A DNA stretch of 64,000 bases from NCBI GenBank assembly GCA_963815095.1, contig CAWFFH010000003.1, positions 1,280,001 through 1,344,000 on the forward strand, given 5' to 3'. The position numbers and the translations under genes were made by a program. This stretch comes from Candidatus Bathyarchaeota archaeon (GTDB taxonomy: Archaea; Thermoproteota; Bathyarchaeia; Bathyarchaeales; Bathycorpusculaceae). Each line of letters opens with the position of its first letter. Position 1 is the first letter of the stretch. The notes beneath the pieces are model-generated. The model saw only the letters and a list, made by a program, of their open reading frames with translations, was not told the DNA's origin and made no database searches. Below are positions 20,547 to 32,095 of this stretch, in pieces.

Positions 20547-20612
20547 CCCCGAAAAATAGGAACCATTATAAAGTTTTTTAAATGATATGTCAGAGGAAAG
20601 CAAGGAATCGCC

Positions 20613-21116
20613 ATGTTACAAGGAATAAGAATTAAACCAATACGTCGATTTCCAGACGAAAGAGGCTTCTTCTCAGAAGTTATGCGTAAAGATTGGAAAG
20701 ACCTTTTTGGAGACGACACTGTTGCTCAAGCAAACTTTTCGTATTCGTATCCCAATGTTATTCGTGCCTGGCATAGACATGTTAAGGGTCAAATTGACTA
20801 TTTTTTGGCGCTCAAAGGCATGATTAAGATTTGTGCTTTTGACGATAAGACAGAGGAAGTTGACGAGATAGTTTCAAGTGGCTTTGACTTGCAAGTTGTT
20901 CGTATGCCTGGACATTACTGGCATGGGTTTAAAGCTGTCGGAAATGAACCTGCTATGCTGCTGTATTTCACTACTAATCTCTATGACCCTGCAAATCCAG
21001 ATGAAGAACGCCGCGAGTGGGATGATCCAACACTCATTCCGAAAAGTGTAAACGGCAAAAAGAACGATGAACGTGTTGGTAAACCTTGGAATTGGAACCT
21101 TCCACCCCACAAGTGA
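20613..21116 (+). CDS. rmlC: dTDP-4-dehydrorhamnose 3,5-epimerase
   Basis: DERGFFSE, IRAWHRH, PGHYWHGF, YDPANPDEER. Confidence 0.9.
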   Translation: MLQGIRIKPIRRFPDERGFFSEVMRKDWKDLFGDDTVAQANFSYSYPNVIRAWHRHVKGQIDYFLALKGMIKICAFDDKTEEVDEIVSSGFDLQVVRMPGHYWHGFKAVGNEPAMLLYFTTNLYDPANPDEERREWDDPTLIPKSVNGKKNDERVGKPWNWNLPPHK

Positions 21117-21122
21117 TAAACT

Positions 21123-22130
21123 ATGAAATTGTTAGTTACTGGCGGTTTAGGTTTTATCGGAAGCAACTTTTGCAGGCTTATTCTTGCAAATTACCCTGAC
21201 TATGAATTGATAAACGTTGATAAGATGGGCGTGGGCGCTAGTCCTGCTAACCTGCATGACATTGAAAACGATAAGCGCTACACCTTCATCAAAGGCGACA
21301 TTTGCAACCCACAGCTTATGAACCGTTTGGTTCACCAAGTGGATGCGGTGGTGAACATTGCTGCGGAAACACATGTTGACCGAAGCATCGCTGACCCCAA
21401 TGTTTTCTTGCAGAACAACACCATTGGCACCTTCACGATTCTTGAAGCTATACGACGGCATAATCATAAAGCACGGCTTTTGCAGGTTTCCACAGATGAG
21501 GTTTACGGGGAAGCCTTGGAAGGTTCATTTACGGAAAACACTCCGCCTAAACCATCCAATCCTTATTCAGCTTCAAAAGCAGCCGCAGACATGTTTGTTC
21601 TATCTTACCACAAAACCTTCGGTTTGAACGTTTCAATTACGCGTTGCACCAACAATTTTGGACCATATCAACTTCCGGAAAAGCTAATTCCTAAAACCGT
21701 TATCCGCGCATTAAGAGATCTGCCAATCCCAATTTATGGGCAAGGGACAAACATTCGCGATTGGATATATGTTCAAGATCACTGCGAAGCTATAAGAACG
21801 GTGCTTGAAAAGGGCAAAGCTGGAGAAATCTATAATGTTTCCGCTGGAAACGAAGTCCAAAATATCGAAATTGCCAAGAAAATACTTTGTTTGCTCCACA
21901 AGCCTGAAAGCCTAATAACCTTCGTTGAAGACCGTCCTGGACATGATGTACGTTACAGTTTGGATTCCACAAAAACCAGAACAGAGCTTGGTTGGAAGCC
22001 TAAGTTTAGTTTCGAGAAGTCTTTGGAGTCAACGGTTCAATGGTACCTTGAAAATGAGCATTGGTGGACGCCTTTTGCCACAGAAGTTATTCTGCATCCA
22101 ACTCCCTGGAAAATCGGTGGCCTTCATTGA
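21123..22130 (+). CDS. rmlB: dTDP-glucose 4,6-dehydratase
   Basis: TGGLGFIGSNF, AAETHVDRSI, VSTDEVYG, NPYSASKA, PEKLIP, DRPGHDVRY. Confidence 0.96.
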   Translation: MKLLVTGGLGFIGSNFCRLILANYPDYELINVDKMGVGASPANLHDIENDKRYTFIKGDICNPQLMNRLVHQVDAVVNIAAETHVDRSIADPNVFLQNNTIGTFTILEAIRRHNHKARLLQVSTDEVYGEALEGSFTENTPPKPSNPYSASKAAADMFVLSYHKTFGLNVSITRCTNNFGPYQLPEKLIPKTVIRALRDLPIPIYGQGTNIRDWIYVQDHCEAIRTVLEKGKAGEIYNVSAGNEVQNIEIAKKILCLLHKPESLITFVEDRPGHDVRYSLDSTKTRTELGWKPKFSFEKSLESTVQWYLENEHWWTPFATEVILHPTPWKIGGLH

Positions 22131-23017
22131 AGCTCTTAATCACAGGCGCAAGTGGACTGTACGGTTCAAAACTCGCTCGGCTCGCACTTGCCAAAGGCAT
22201 TGAGGTTTACTCTTCAGATATTCAGAGCTTGTCGGTTTACGGTAACTTTGTTAAACTCGACATTTCTGGCAAAGAGGCGGTTGAGGAAGCATTCAAAGCC
22301 ATAAAGCCCGACGTTGTAGTCCATGCAGCGACCTTGACAGATGTGGATAAATGCGAGACCAACAAGGAACTTGCTTGGAAGGTAAACGTCGAAGGCACAA
22401 AAAATATTGCTGAAGCAGCCAAGAGTGCGGGTTCATTTTTAATTTACATTTCAACAGACTACGTTTTCAGCGGCGAAAAGGGAAACTACAAAGAAACAGA
22501 TGTGCCTGACCCCATCAACTATTACGGCTTAACTAAGTTGAAAGCAGAAGAAATCGTCCAAACTCAAGCCGAATACTTCATCGCGCGTCCAAGCGTCATC
22601 TACGGTTCCACTCCTGCAGCTGGAAAAGTCAACTTTGCTCTCTGGCTAATCGAAACCCTCCGAAAAGGCGAACGCGTCAAGATTGTTACTGACCAATGGA
22701 ACACGCCCACTCTCAACACTAACCTAGCCGAAATGACCCTTGAGGTTATTGAACGGAGATTAACTGGAATTTACCATATGTGCGGCGCCACAAGGGTAAG
22801 CCGGTTTGAGTTTGCAGAAAAAATAGCGGACACCTTCAGCTTAGATAAGAGCTTGATTGACAAGGTCCTGTCTTCTCAATTCACTTGGCCAGCTAAACGC
22901 CCCATGGACTCCTCGCTCGATACGTCAAAAGCACAGATGACTTTGCAGAGCAAGCCACTTGATATGACTGAATCTTTAAAGAAGTTGAAGGTTGAGCTTG
23001 CCCAAAAAGGCTCTTAA
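22127..23017 (+). CDS. rmlD: dTDP-4-dehydrorhamnose reductase
   Basis: LITGASGLYG, TDVDKCE, ISTDYVF, YYGLTK, AKRP; start TTG 22127 overlaps the rmlB stop. Confidence 0.93.
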   Translation: MKLLITGASGLYGSKLARLALAKGIEVYSSDIQSLSVYGNFVKLDISGKEAVEEAFKAIKPDVVVHAATLTDVDKCETNKELAWKVNVEGTKNIAEAAKSAGSFLIYISTDYVFSGEKGNYKETDVPDPINYYGLTKLKAEEIVQTQAEYFIARPSVIYGSTPAAGKVNFALWLIETLRKGERVKIVTDQWNTPTLNTNLAEMTLEVIERRLTGIYHMCGATRVSRFEFAEKIADTFSLDKSLIDKVLSSQFTWPAKRPMDSSLDTSKAQMTLQSKPLDMTESLKKLKVELAQKGS

Positions 23018-23073
23018 TCTAAGCGCAAGCATTATGTTCAGTGAACAGAACCTTTCGGAGTGTTTGGTAAGCG

Positions 23074-23436
23074 ATGAAGCAGCAATCTAATATTAAGCTA
23101 ATTGCGCGGCAGCGAATCCAAATACTCTTCGAACAGGCAAAAAAGGTTGCCAAAGCTGACCCTAAGCTTGCGTCTGTGTATGTTTTGTCGGCACGAAAGA
23201 TTGCAATGGCCGCTAGAATTCGCATGCCTCTTGAATTTAGGCGGGAAACATGCAAAGAATGCAACGCGCTCTTTGTGCATGGTGTTAATTGCCGTGTTAG
23301 GATAAAACAAAAAAGGGAGCCTCACGTTGTAGTAACATGTTTAAACTGCGGTAACCAAACTCGTATACTATTAAAAGGGAAAATGGAGCACAAGGAACTT
23401 GAGCAAAATAACTACTCGCATGAAGCGCCACGTTAG
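23074..23436 (+). CDS. rnp4: Ribonuclease P protein component 4 (Rpp21)
   Basis: IARQRIQILF, ARKIAM, CKEC and CLNC zinc ribbon. Confidence 0.92.
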   Translation: MKQQSNIKLIARQRIQILFEQAKKVAKADPKLASVYVLSARKIAMAARIRMPLEFRRETCKECNALFVHGVNCRVRIKQKREPHVVVTCLNCGNQTRILLKGKMEHKELEQNNYSHEAPR

Positions 23437-23707
23437 ACACGTTTTGAAAGATGAGGACCCTACGATTTGGGTTGGCAAAGAAGGGTTAACGCCTCAACTA
23501 GCCGCGGAGATTGAGAAGCAGTTGCAGAGAAACAAGATGGTTAAAGTAAGGATTTTGCCCGCTGCAATGCAGGGTGAAGTTACCGCTCAAGCGATTGCAG
23601 TTAACGCTGCCGAAAAAACTAACTCAGCATTAGTTGAAGTTAGAGGTCATGTGTTTATACTCTTTCGGAAACGGAAAGCGGAAGAAGAAGCGCCGCCTTC
23701 TCAGTAA
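23399..23707 (+). CDS. yhbY: YhbY/CRM-domain RNA-binding protein
   Basis: PTIWVGKEGLT, EIEKQL, MVKVRIL, VEVRGHVFILFR; typical neighbour of Rpp21. Confidence 0.88.
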   Translation: MSKITTRMKRHVRHVLKDEDPTIWVGKEGLTPQLAAEIEKQLQRNKMVKVRILPAAMQGEVTAQAIAVNAAEKTNSALVEVRGHVFILFRKRKAEEEAPPSQ

Positions 23708-23954
23708 AATCATTTTTTTGGGTACAAGGTAATTGAATAGTTTCGGCTCACAAGAGCATTTTTTTGATGTTCTTAATGTTTTTCTCAAGATTATATTTGG
23801 TTTTTTCATTGAATTCGACTTGAAACCATGTTGCATTTTGGTTAAATTCTTGGAAGCCATGCTGTATTTTGCTTTGGTTGTGGAAAAACTGGTTTGTGTA
23901 TCTGCAGTATGTATTTGTGACTAGTAAACTTTTAAACGGTATGTTGCATTTACA

Positions 23955-24479
23955 GTGACCTATAGGGTATGCTGTGTCATGTTAGAACGGATAAGTAAAA
24001 AAACATTATTGATCTGGGCAGCAGCGGTTCCACTTGCCATCTGCTTAGTCTACTCATTGTTATATTCAGCAAGTAATTTTGGTCTCTCTTTAATGGCATT
24101 TACCAACAAAACTGTAGTCGGGCAAATCGGCGTCTTGTCGGCTCCTGCAGACGCTGCCATTTGGGGAATCGCGATCTTTTCTGTTTTGGCTTGGCTAGGT
24201 TACGCTTTAGAATCAAACCTTGTCAGAGGATACCTTCGTACTTCTTTAGGTGCAGGCTTGTTGGGGATAATCTGCGGTGCAGCTATCGGGACATGTTTAG
24301 TTGTCTTTGGTTTCGTTGGTCTTGTAGGTTTGGTTCCAATTAGTCTTCTGCTCATAGGTTTGTGTATCGTATTTTCCGTTGATTTCTTCAATGTGGATAG
24401 GATGCCTTTCGCTTTGAAGCTGCTCATTGGTGGGTTAGTAGTTGGTTTGGTGGTTGAGTTGGCCGGTTTTCTTGTTTAA
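23955..24479 (+). pseudogene. Truncated paralog of the N-terminal part of the adjacent multi-TM protein
   Basis: KKTLLIWAAAVPLAICLVYSLLYSAS and DAAIWGIAIFSVLAWLG align with KKRLLLWTAYFSLAICLIYALFYLAS and DIAVWGIAIFVVLAWLG of the next gene; it ends at ELAGFLV, where the next gene continues ELASFVLFN. Confidence 0.6.
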
Positions 24480-24534
24480 TTCTCTGGTTCAAGGGTATCA
24501 TATCTAGCAAGATTTAAGCGGTAAACTACAACTC

Positions 24535-26500
24535 TTGTATCCTATTAAATGGTTAATGGCTATGTTGCCGACAAAACTCAACGACAAGAAAAGACTGCTG
24601 CTTTGGACAGCATACTTCTCCCTTGCCATATGCCTAATCTACGCATTGTTCTACCTAGCCAGTATCCTTGGTCTTCAATTTTATGTTCTGTCCAATAAAG
24701 CCATGATTGCACACACAGCAAGTGGCAGCATATTGTCTGGTCCTTTGGATATTGCGGTTTGGGGAATCGCTATCTTTGTCGTCCTTGCTTGGCTTGGTTT
24801 GCATTTAGAGTTAAAGAATGTTAAAGAATTTTCTCGCACATTTTCAGGAGCAGGTCTACTTGTTCTTTTGTGTGGTCTGGGTGTTTGGGTATGTTTGGTT
24901 TTTCTTGGTTTCGTTGGCGTGTGGTCTTTGGTTTTGGTTAGTGGTTTGCTTTTGGGTTTGTGTTTTGTGTTTTCTGCTGGTTTCTTCGGTGTTGGTCGGT
25001 TGGTTTTTTCTTTGAGGGTGCTTTTTGGCGGGTTACTGCTGGTTTTGTTTTTTGAGTTGGCAAGTTTTGTCTTGTTTAATGGTCCGCTTGCTTTGGGTTT
25101 AGAAACTGGCGGTTTAGGTTTGCATTGGAGTGGGGTTGAGTTGGTTTTTGCGAATTTGACCTATCCCTTTTTGCCTTATGTGTATTTGTTGTTTGTCTTG
25201 TTTGGGGTTGGTGCTTTTGTTTTTCGGGTTTTTCCTAAAGGCTGGTCATGGTTGGTTGGCTAAGGTTGGGGGTGGGGTTGTTGTTCGTTTGAGGGGTTTG
25301 TTTTTGTTGACTGATGGTGGGTTTGGGTTTTTGCGTGGTCGATGGGTTGTTTTGGCTGTTGTGGTTTCGTCGGTTGTTTCGTGTTTGTTTGTTTTGTTCA
25401 CTGTTTTGCCCTGGGCTAATCCAACGAACATGTTGGTAAGCGTGGATTCACCTGTTTACTATGCTTGGGTCAGCCACATGCGTACGGTCGATGTTAATTC
25501 TGCCCTCTCGTTTGCTTTGGGCAATGATAGAGCTTTGTTCTTGGTTTTGTGTTATGTCGTGTCTTTCTTTACTTCGATGGTTAATATTTTTCAATTTGCT
25601 ACCTGCGTTTCTGACTGTGTTGCTTGGTATAGTTTCTTTGTTTATTCTACGGTTGTTAAGCCGGGACAGGATGGTTTGGGTCTTTGGGGTGTTGTTGGTG
25701 CCGTTTTCTTTTCAAAGTTTAGGCTTAATCTACTCTGGTTACTTCGCCAACATGTTGGCTCTAATCCTGGTTTTTGTGTATGTTGTTTTGTTTTTTAAAA
25801 TTTTGACTTCTTGGTCTATTTTGGGTTTCTTTGCTTTGTTGGTTGTGTCGGTTCTGGTTTTGTTTTCGCATTCTTGGACCTGGTTTGTTTTTGCGTTGAG
25901 TCTTGGCTTGTTTTTGTTTATGCAGTGGCGATTGGCAACTCATGATAGAGGGTTGTGGGGTCGGTTTAAAACGCAGGTCCTTCTCGTCGGTGCAACTGTT
26001 GGCATTGGGTTATTGAGCGATTTGATGCGCAGATTTTTGTCTCCTGCTTCATCTACGGCCTCTGTTGTCTCGACTGCACAGTCAGCTATCGGTCTACCTA
26101 ACCCCGCTTATCTTCTAAGCGGAATGCAGCATGCTGTGGATATTACTTTAGGTGGGGTTTTTGCCTGCGGGCTTTTGGTTTTTCTGTCAATTGCAGGGTT
26201 TTTTGTTTTGTTGAGGCTGAAGTCTGAGGTTTCTAGTTTCTTTGTTGCTTGGATTTGTGTGGTTTGTGTGGTTATTTTGTTTGCTGCTGATGATTTTGTT
26301 TTTAATCGGTTTTTGTTTCTGTTGCCTTGGGTAGTTTTGTCTGGTTTGGGGTTGTCTTGGGTTGTTCAAGTTGTTTCTCTTAGGGTTGGGGGTTTTAAGG
26401 GTTGGCGTTTGTTGGATGATTGCGTTGGTGCTGGGTTTTGTCTTTTTGGTTCTGTTAAATGGCAGTTTGAGGTACCTTTTTAATATCAATATTTGGTGAT
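24535..26500 (+). CDS. Multi-pass membrane protein (GT-C-like), split by ~3 frameshifts
   Basis: ORFs 24535..25263, 25178..25798 and 25461..26483 tile one hydrophobic protein; motifs LVSVDSPVYY, DRALF, HSWTW are shared with 41456..43337. Confidence 0.65.
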
Positions 26501-26579
26501 TTTGTTTGGAAAATGAATTGTGGATTCGCAAAGCTTTTAAGGGAATCGTACGATATTAGCGAGTCAACGGGGCAGAAAA

Positions 26580-27205
26580 ATGAACAATAACAAAACAAAA
26601 ATGTTTGCAATATTATCATTATTGCTATTAGCTGTCTCTATTTCATCAGTTGCAGCACTATCACCATATGATGGCGCCGTAACCACCGACATCGCAGTTT
26701 CCTCTAGCGGAACTTGCACTGTATGTGATGACTTATGGGATTACCTTTAACATCCAAGGCACTCCAGGCTCTACTGGAACAGTATCCACTGCCGTTCTCA
26801 CGGAAAATCCTCAACCGAATGCAGCTCCAGCCGGGGTTTCTTTAACTCGTTTCATTTCCGTAATTTTCTATATGGATGCTGCTGATTTCACCCAAGCACA
26901 AATTATAATACCTTACACTGATAGTGACATTCAAGGGCTTCAGGAGCCATATTCGATTTACAAGTATGTGCCAGCTACAGATACCTACACACAGATACCT
27001 GCAGTCATTGATGCCAATGCAAAAACCTTCACTATTACAGTTAATAGCGTTGAAGATCCAATATTTGCCATAGGCGGCGCAAGCAACTGTGGGTCAAACC
27101 AACGGTGTTTCGACAATCATGTGGGTTGCACTTGCTGCATCTGTAGCAGTTATTGTGATGTTGGTTGTCGTTGGCGTTTGGTATTTTAAGCGATCTTCAT
27201 CGTAA
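26580..27205 (+). CDS. Secreted membrane-anchored surface protein (PGF-pre-PGF-like domain), frameshifted
   Basis: Signal peptide MNNNKTKMFAILSLLLLAVSISSVAA; domain IIIPYTDSDI...IYKY...DPIFAIGG; C-terminal TM ending VGVWYFKRSSS-stop at 27205. Confidence 0.6.
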
Positions 27206-27406
27206 AATTCCCTTTTCAGTTTTTTATTGTTTTTCTATTTTTTTAAACGTTTTAGCCAATTTATTGATTTAATTGATATTTATTTAGTAAATTTACTTAT
27301 ATTTACCTGTATTTTGTTTTTGTTCTTCTTTATGTATGAATTAGAAATTCATAAGTCTTTTAAGTAACGTATGAAGTAAAATGTCTCATGAGAGAGGGCT
27401 CAATTC

Positions 27407-27781
27407 ATGCCAAATCCAAAGCTACACAATTCATTGACTATTGCAAAGCTAACTGAAGCAAAGAAAACTGCCTTACGACGCGGCATTTGGTTTAGATCCC
27501 TCAACCGGGTAGAACGCGGAATAATAGACCTCACCGTAAAATACGTTGACAACATCAAAAGCTCAAAGCTGGCCAAGGTAGTGACGGCCATAATTCAAAA
27601 ACTGCAGACTACAATGGAAAGCAAGGTTGAGCAGTTGGTGAGAACTGTTGGTTTGGCGTTAGCCCAAAAAATAAGTGAAATAGCTGTTAAATGGGGAAAT
27701 CGTTTAGCTTCATCTTGGGCCAAGGACCGCGAGTTTGCTAGGTTTTTGGTTCTCAATCTTACTAAGGTTGGAGGCAATTAG
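27407..27781 (+). CDS. Basic hypothetical protein heading the glycosyltransferase operon
   Basis: Intact 124 aa ORF with GAGAGG and TATA-like sequence upstream; ends 3 nt before the GT2 gene. Confidence 0.7.
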   Translation: MPNPKLHNSLTIAKLTEAKKTALRRGIWFRSLNRVERGIIDLTVKYVDNIKSSKLAKVVTAIIQKLQTTMESKVEQLVRTVGLALAQKISEIAVKWGNRLASSWAKDREFARFLVLNLTKVGGN

Positions 27782-27783
27782 GT

Positions 27784-28780
27784 TTGGTTTTAGTTGAAAA
27801 ATCCGAAAGTATCTACGAGAACGCTATAGTTTCTGAAGTGCAAAAACCCTTCGTTGCCGTGGGTATCCCAGCTTTTAACGAAGAACACTCCATCGCACGC
27901 ATAATCATTGAAGCACAAAAATATGCTGACACAGTAATCGTTTGCGATGACGGTTCCAGCGACTTAACTGCAAAGATTGCAGAGCGTTTAGGCGCTGATG
28001 TAATTCGTCACGAGGAAAATTTAGGGTATGGCGCCGCCATAAAAAGCTTATTTTCTAGGGCTTTGGAGTCTGGCGCAGACGTACTGGTTACTTTAGATGG
28101 CGATGGACAACACACAGCCACTGAAATTCCCCAAGTAATTGACCCAATCATAAAAGGCAACTCCGATGTCGTGATTGCCAGCAGATTCATAGATGACAAA
28201 GGTACCGCTGAAATGCCTTTCTACCGCAAAGTAGGCGCCAAAGTAATAACAAAACTTGTTAACAGCTCATCCCAAAATGGTGTCAGCGATTCACAGAGCG
28301 GATTCAGAGCCTACAATCGCCAAGCCCTAGAACAGCTCAGTGTTTCCGAGGCAGGTATGGGTGCAAGCGTACAAATACTTCTAGATGCCAGCAAACATAA
28401 CTTAAGAATAAGTGAAGTAACAGGCACATGCAAATACGAAACCGGCGACATCTCCACCTCAACAGAAAACCCAATAACACATGGCTTAGGCCTAATAATG
28501 TCTATTGTTAAACTTGTCGTCGAAGAAAACCCCTAATGTTTCTCGGATTACCAGGAATAACATGTTTGGTTATGGGGTTTTGTTTGGCGCCTGGTTAATG
28601 AACCTATACGTCGAATTAGGACAGAATAGTTACAAACATTGCTTTAGCATCTATAGGATTCTTACTACTAGGCTGCTTCATGATATCAACAGCCATAACA
28701 CTATATGCAATATCGCGAATTACACAAAGGATAGGCGCCCGCAAGTCAACCATTCTTATTCAGTTATTTTCCAACACTGA
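27784..28780 (+). CDS. Glycosyltransferase family 2 (Dol-P-Man synthase-like with C-terminal TMs), frameshifted after 28530
   Basis: IPAFNEE, VCDDGSSD, NLGYGAA, TLDGDGQH, DSQSGFRAY; hydrophobic tail continues in shifted frames. Confidence 0.85.
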
Positions 28781-28829
28781 AGTTTTTTTTTATCGGTAAC
28801 GCGTAAATTAGTCAAGCTTTGGTGACAAT

Positions 28830-30046
28830 TTGAATATTCTTATGGTGACTACTTTCTATCCTCCACACATCGGAGGAATAGAATATCATGTTGAGAACCT
28901 TTCAAGAGCAATTGGTAAAAAGAGGTCATAAAATTACTGTTTTGACTTCGATGCTTCCTGGAAAAAAGCAGTCTTGCTCACGATATATCTTCTAATGGAA
29001 TTGATGTATTTAGGGCTAAAACATTTTTCCTTCTAGATAAGATTTATCCTTCTTTGTCAAGTCAAGGAATCACCTTAAATATACAAGAACAATTGAGACA
29101 AATAGTTAATGAAAAAAATATAGACATTATTCATGCTCACGGTCACCATTATTATCCTACTTGGAGAACAATAGATGCAGCGAAAAAATTGGGTATACCT
29201 GCAGTATTAACCCTTCACGGTTTATATGCGCTTAAACCCTCTAGACCCGATAGCCCAAATAGGAGAAGAAATTTTTAATCGACAATTTTTACACGAGAAC
29301 TTAAACAAAGTTGCCGCTACAATTGGTTTAACCAAAAATAATACTAATTATGCAAAGAAATATTGGCCTCGATCAAATAATTATTTCACAATTCCAAATG
29401 GTGTTAATCAAAAGTTTTCAATAATAATAAAAAAAATCGATCTAATATAGAAGAAAATATAACATTAGCCGAGGATAAAATTGTTGTTTTATTTCGAGGT
29501 AGATTTGCATCAATAAAAGGTGTCTTGAACTAGCCCAAGCGGCAAAACTCGTTGTTAAACAAAATAGTCAGAGTTTTCTTCCTTTTTGTTGGCGGAGGTC
29601 CATTAGCGTGCAGAATTAGCCAAAATATTAAACCATAAACGAAAACTATCAGATTATTGGTTGGACGCCAGTCAATGAAATACATGAACTATACATCGCT
29701 TCAGATATATTCGTTTTACCTTCAAAATCAGAAGCTTTGCCCCTTACAATTCCTAGAAGCAATGGCGGCTAACCTGTACATAGTAGCTACTCCTGTGGGT
29801 GGTATTCCTGACGTCTTAAAGGATTATCCATTTAAAACCTTTATCAAAAAACTTGATCCTTTATCAATAAGTATGGTTATTGTTTCAGTTGCTCATGCCC
29901 ATAAAAATTTGTTTACGTTGAACCAAAAAGAGCCTGAATATATGAAAAATTTTGATTGGCAAAATATCGCCTTTAATGTAGAAAGAAGTACATTTTACTG
30001 CTTTAAATCGGCTAAACTAAAAACCAGAGTAGTTCTTAATTATTAG
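28830..30046 (+). CDS. Glycosyltransferase family 4, multiple frameshifts
   Basis: Fragments MNILMVT, YPPHIGGIEYHV, DIIHAHG, IPNGVN, FRGRF..IKG, LEAMAA, VGGIPD, FDWQ. Confidence 0.75.
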
Positions 30047-30059
30047 CCACAATAAACAA

Positions 30060-31200
30060 AAAGCATTAAATTCAGTGTTACTGACCGCTAGTTTGCTGAA
30101 TGTCCCCGAGTTTGGAAAATGGGCTCAACTTTGGCAGAAAATAACTACAAAGTGACTAGACGAAAGATGGGATAGAAGTTCAAAATTGCAAACAAAAGAA
30201 GATATATCCGGTATTTTTGTGCAACGCATGAGATTGAAAGCACCTTACGGCTTAAAGTTATTCTTTATGATCCCCATATGGTGGGCATACGTATTTACTT
30301 ACATATTTTTTAACGGTTTTAATGTGATTCAACCACAAAACCTTGATAATTTGATTCCAGTATGGATATTTGCTCCAAAAAAAAAACGAAGATTATTTAT
30401 GATATTGCCGATTTCTATGGTGATTCTTATGTTTCTCAAGAAATGAGTTTCCTAAGGCCATTTGTATCCAAGATAGAACGAATCCTTACAAGAAGTGTAA
30501 ATGCCGCAATAATCGCTGACGAGTTGCGAACGAAGCAAATGTGTATGGATGATTACCCTTTTAATGTAATATACAATTCTCCACCGGATACTTACAGAGA
30601 AACTAAATCCAGATTAATATCCTCAAAATCTAATCCAAAATTGACTCTTTTTTATGCCGGAGTCCTTGAAAATGACCGTGGATTAGATTTCATAGTTAGA
30701 GCTGTTCATAATATGTCAGACGTTGAACTTATAATAGCAGGTTTTGGTCGTTTGGAGAATGAAATTCTTAATTTGATTAAAGGAAGTGATAACATTAGCT
30801 TTTTAGGGCGCATTCCGTATCATACTGTTTTGGATTTGGCCTCGTCATCTGATTGCATTATTGCGTTCTATGACCCTAAAATTCAGAATAATCTATTTGC
30901 CTCACCAAATAAATTGTTTGAAGCCATGATGTGTGGAAAACCGATAATTACAAACTCTGGAACAACTATGGCTAACAGAATAAATATTGACAAATGTGGT
31001 TTTTTAGTGACATATGGCAATGTTAATGAATTGAGATATGTTCTGAATACCGTTAATAAATACACTGAAAATTATTGCTATCCTTGGAAAAAATGGGCGA
31101 AAAAACTATCTGCAGAAATATGCTTGGTATTTTATGAAATGTAGGTTACTAAGCCTATATGCCTCTGTGGTAGATTCTTTTTTCTTACGATCTTTACCCC
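30060..31200 (+). CDS. Glycosyltransferase family 4, frameshifted
   Basis: IIYDIAD, YAGVLENDRG, IIAGFG, ASPNKLFEAMMCGKPII; ends are approximate. Confidence 0.75.
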
Positions 31201-31233
31201 CAAAGTCAATGCATTATGGAGGTTGCTTAACAA

Positions 31234-32040
31234 TAGTAACTGTTTCTTATATTTTACCTACTTACAACAGGAGTTTCACAATTACAACTTATTTAGAGTC
31301 ATTACAACTTGCCCAAGTCTTATCACGACTGGGAACTTGTAATCATCGATGATGCCTCAGATGATGATACCTTTAAAATAGTTTCCGAATACGCTCAAAT
31401 CGATAATCGTATCCGTGTTTTTGAAAAAAAGCTCATTCTGGTCTGCCAGCGGCCCGTAATTTCGGAATACATGTATCACATGGTAGATTAATTTTTTTCG
31501 GTGAAGATGATGTAGTTTTTCATGATTCAAATGATTTTAACATACTTGTTAACACTTTTATAGAACTTGAAAAAAAACAGAGCGTTGGAGCTGTCTGTCC
31601 TCGTTTGCGAGGCGAAGGATATAACTGGTTAGAATTTGTTGTTGAAATTGGTCCTATAAGTGGATGGATTTACCACAATTTTTATTATGACTCACAGACT
31701 GTCATTGAGGTCCCTGCTCTTCATGCGTGTTCTCTAATTCTCAAGAAAGCCTGTCAAGAAGTGGGAGGTTATGACAGCAAATTATACATAGGCACACACG
31801 CTAAAGAAGAAGTTGATTTTTATTACCGTTTGCGACTTCAAGGTTATAAATTATATTTTCAGTCCAAATCGATTCTTTACCATAATCATGTGAGTAGAGG
31901 TGGATGTCAAAAGAAAAGCTTGTTACGAGTGTACTATTATGAATATAGAAATAGTCTGATGTTTTTTTGAGGTTTAATGGTTTCCCCTTGTCGTTAAGAC
32001 TTTTTTTTCATCCATTGCTACGGTTACTTTTTCCAAATAA
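31234..32040 (+). CDS. Glycosyltransferase family 2, frameshifted
   Basis: VSYILPTYNR, WELVIIDDASDD, GLPAARN, GEDD, VGGYD, EEVDFYYR; ends are approximate. Confidence 0.75.
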
Positions 32041-32095
32041 ACCTTTGTAAATATGCACCTTCGTCAACAATCATGATTAATCCTGAGGTGTCTTT

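Noticed and set aside
24850-26520. Extreme G+T-rich tracts as a simple repeat or G-quadruplex element
   Set aside because: They encode Val/Phe/Leu/Gly-rich TM helices and show no periodic unit.
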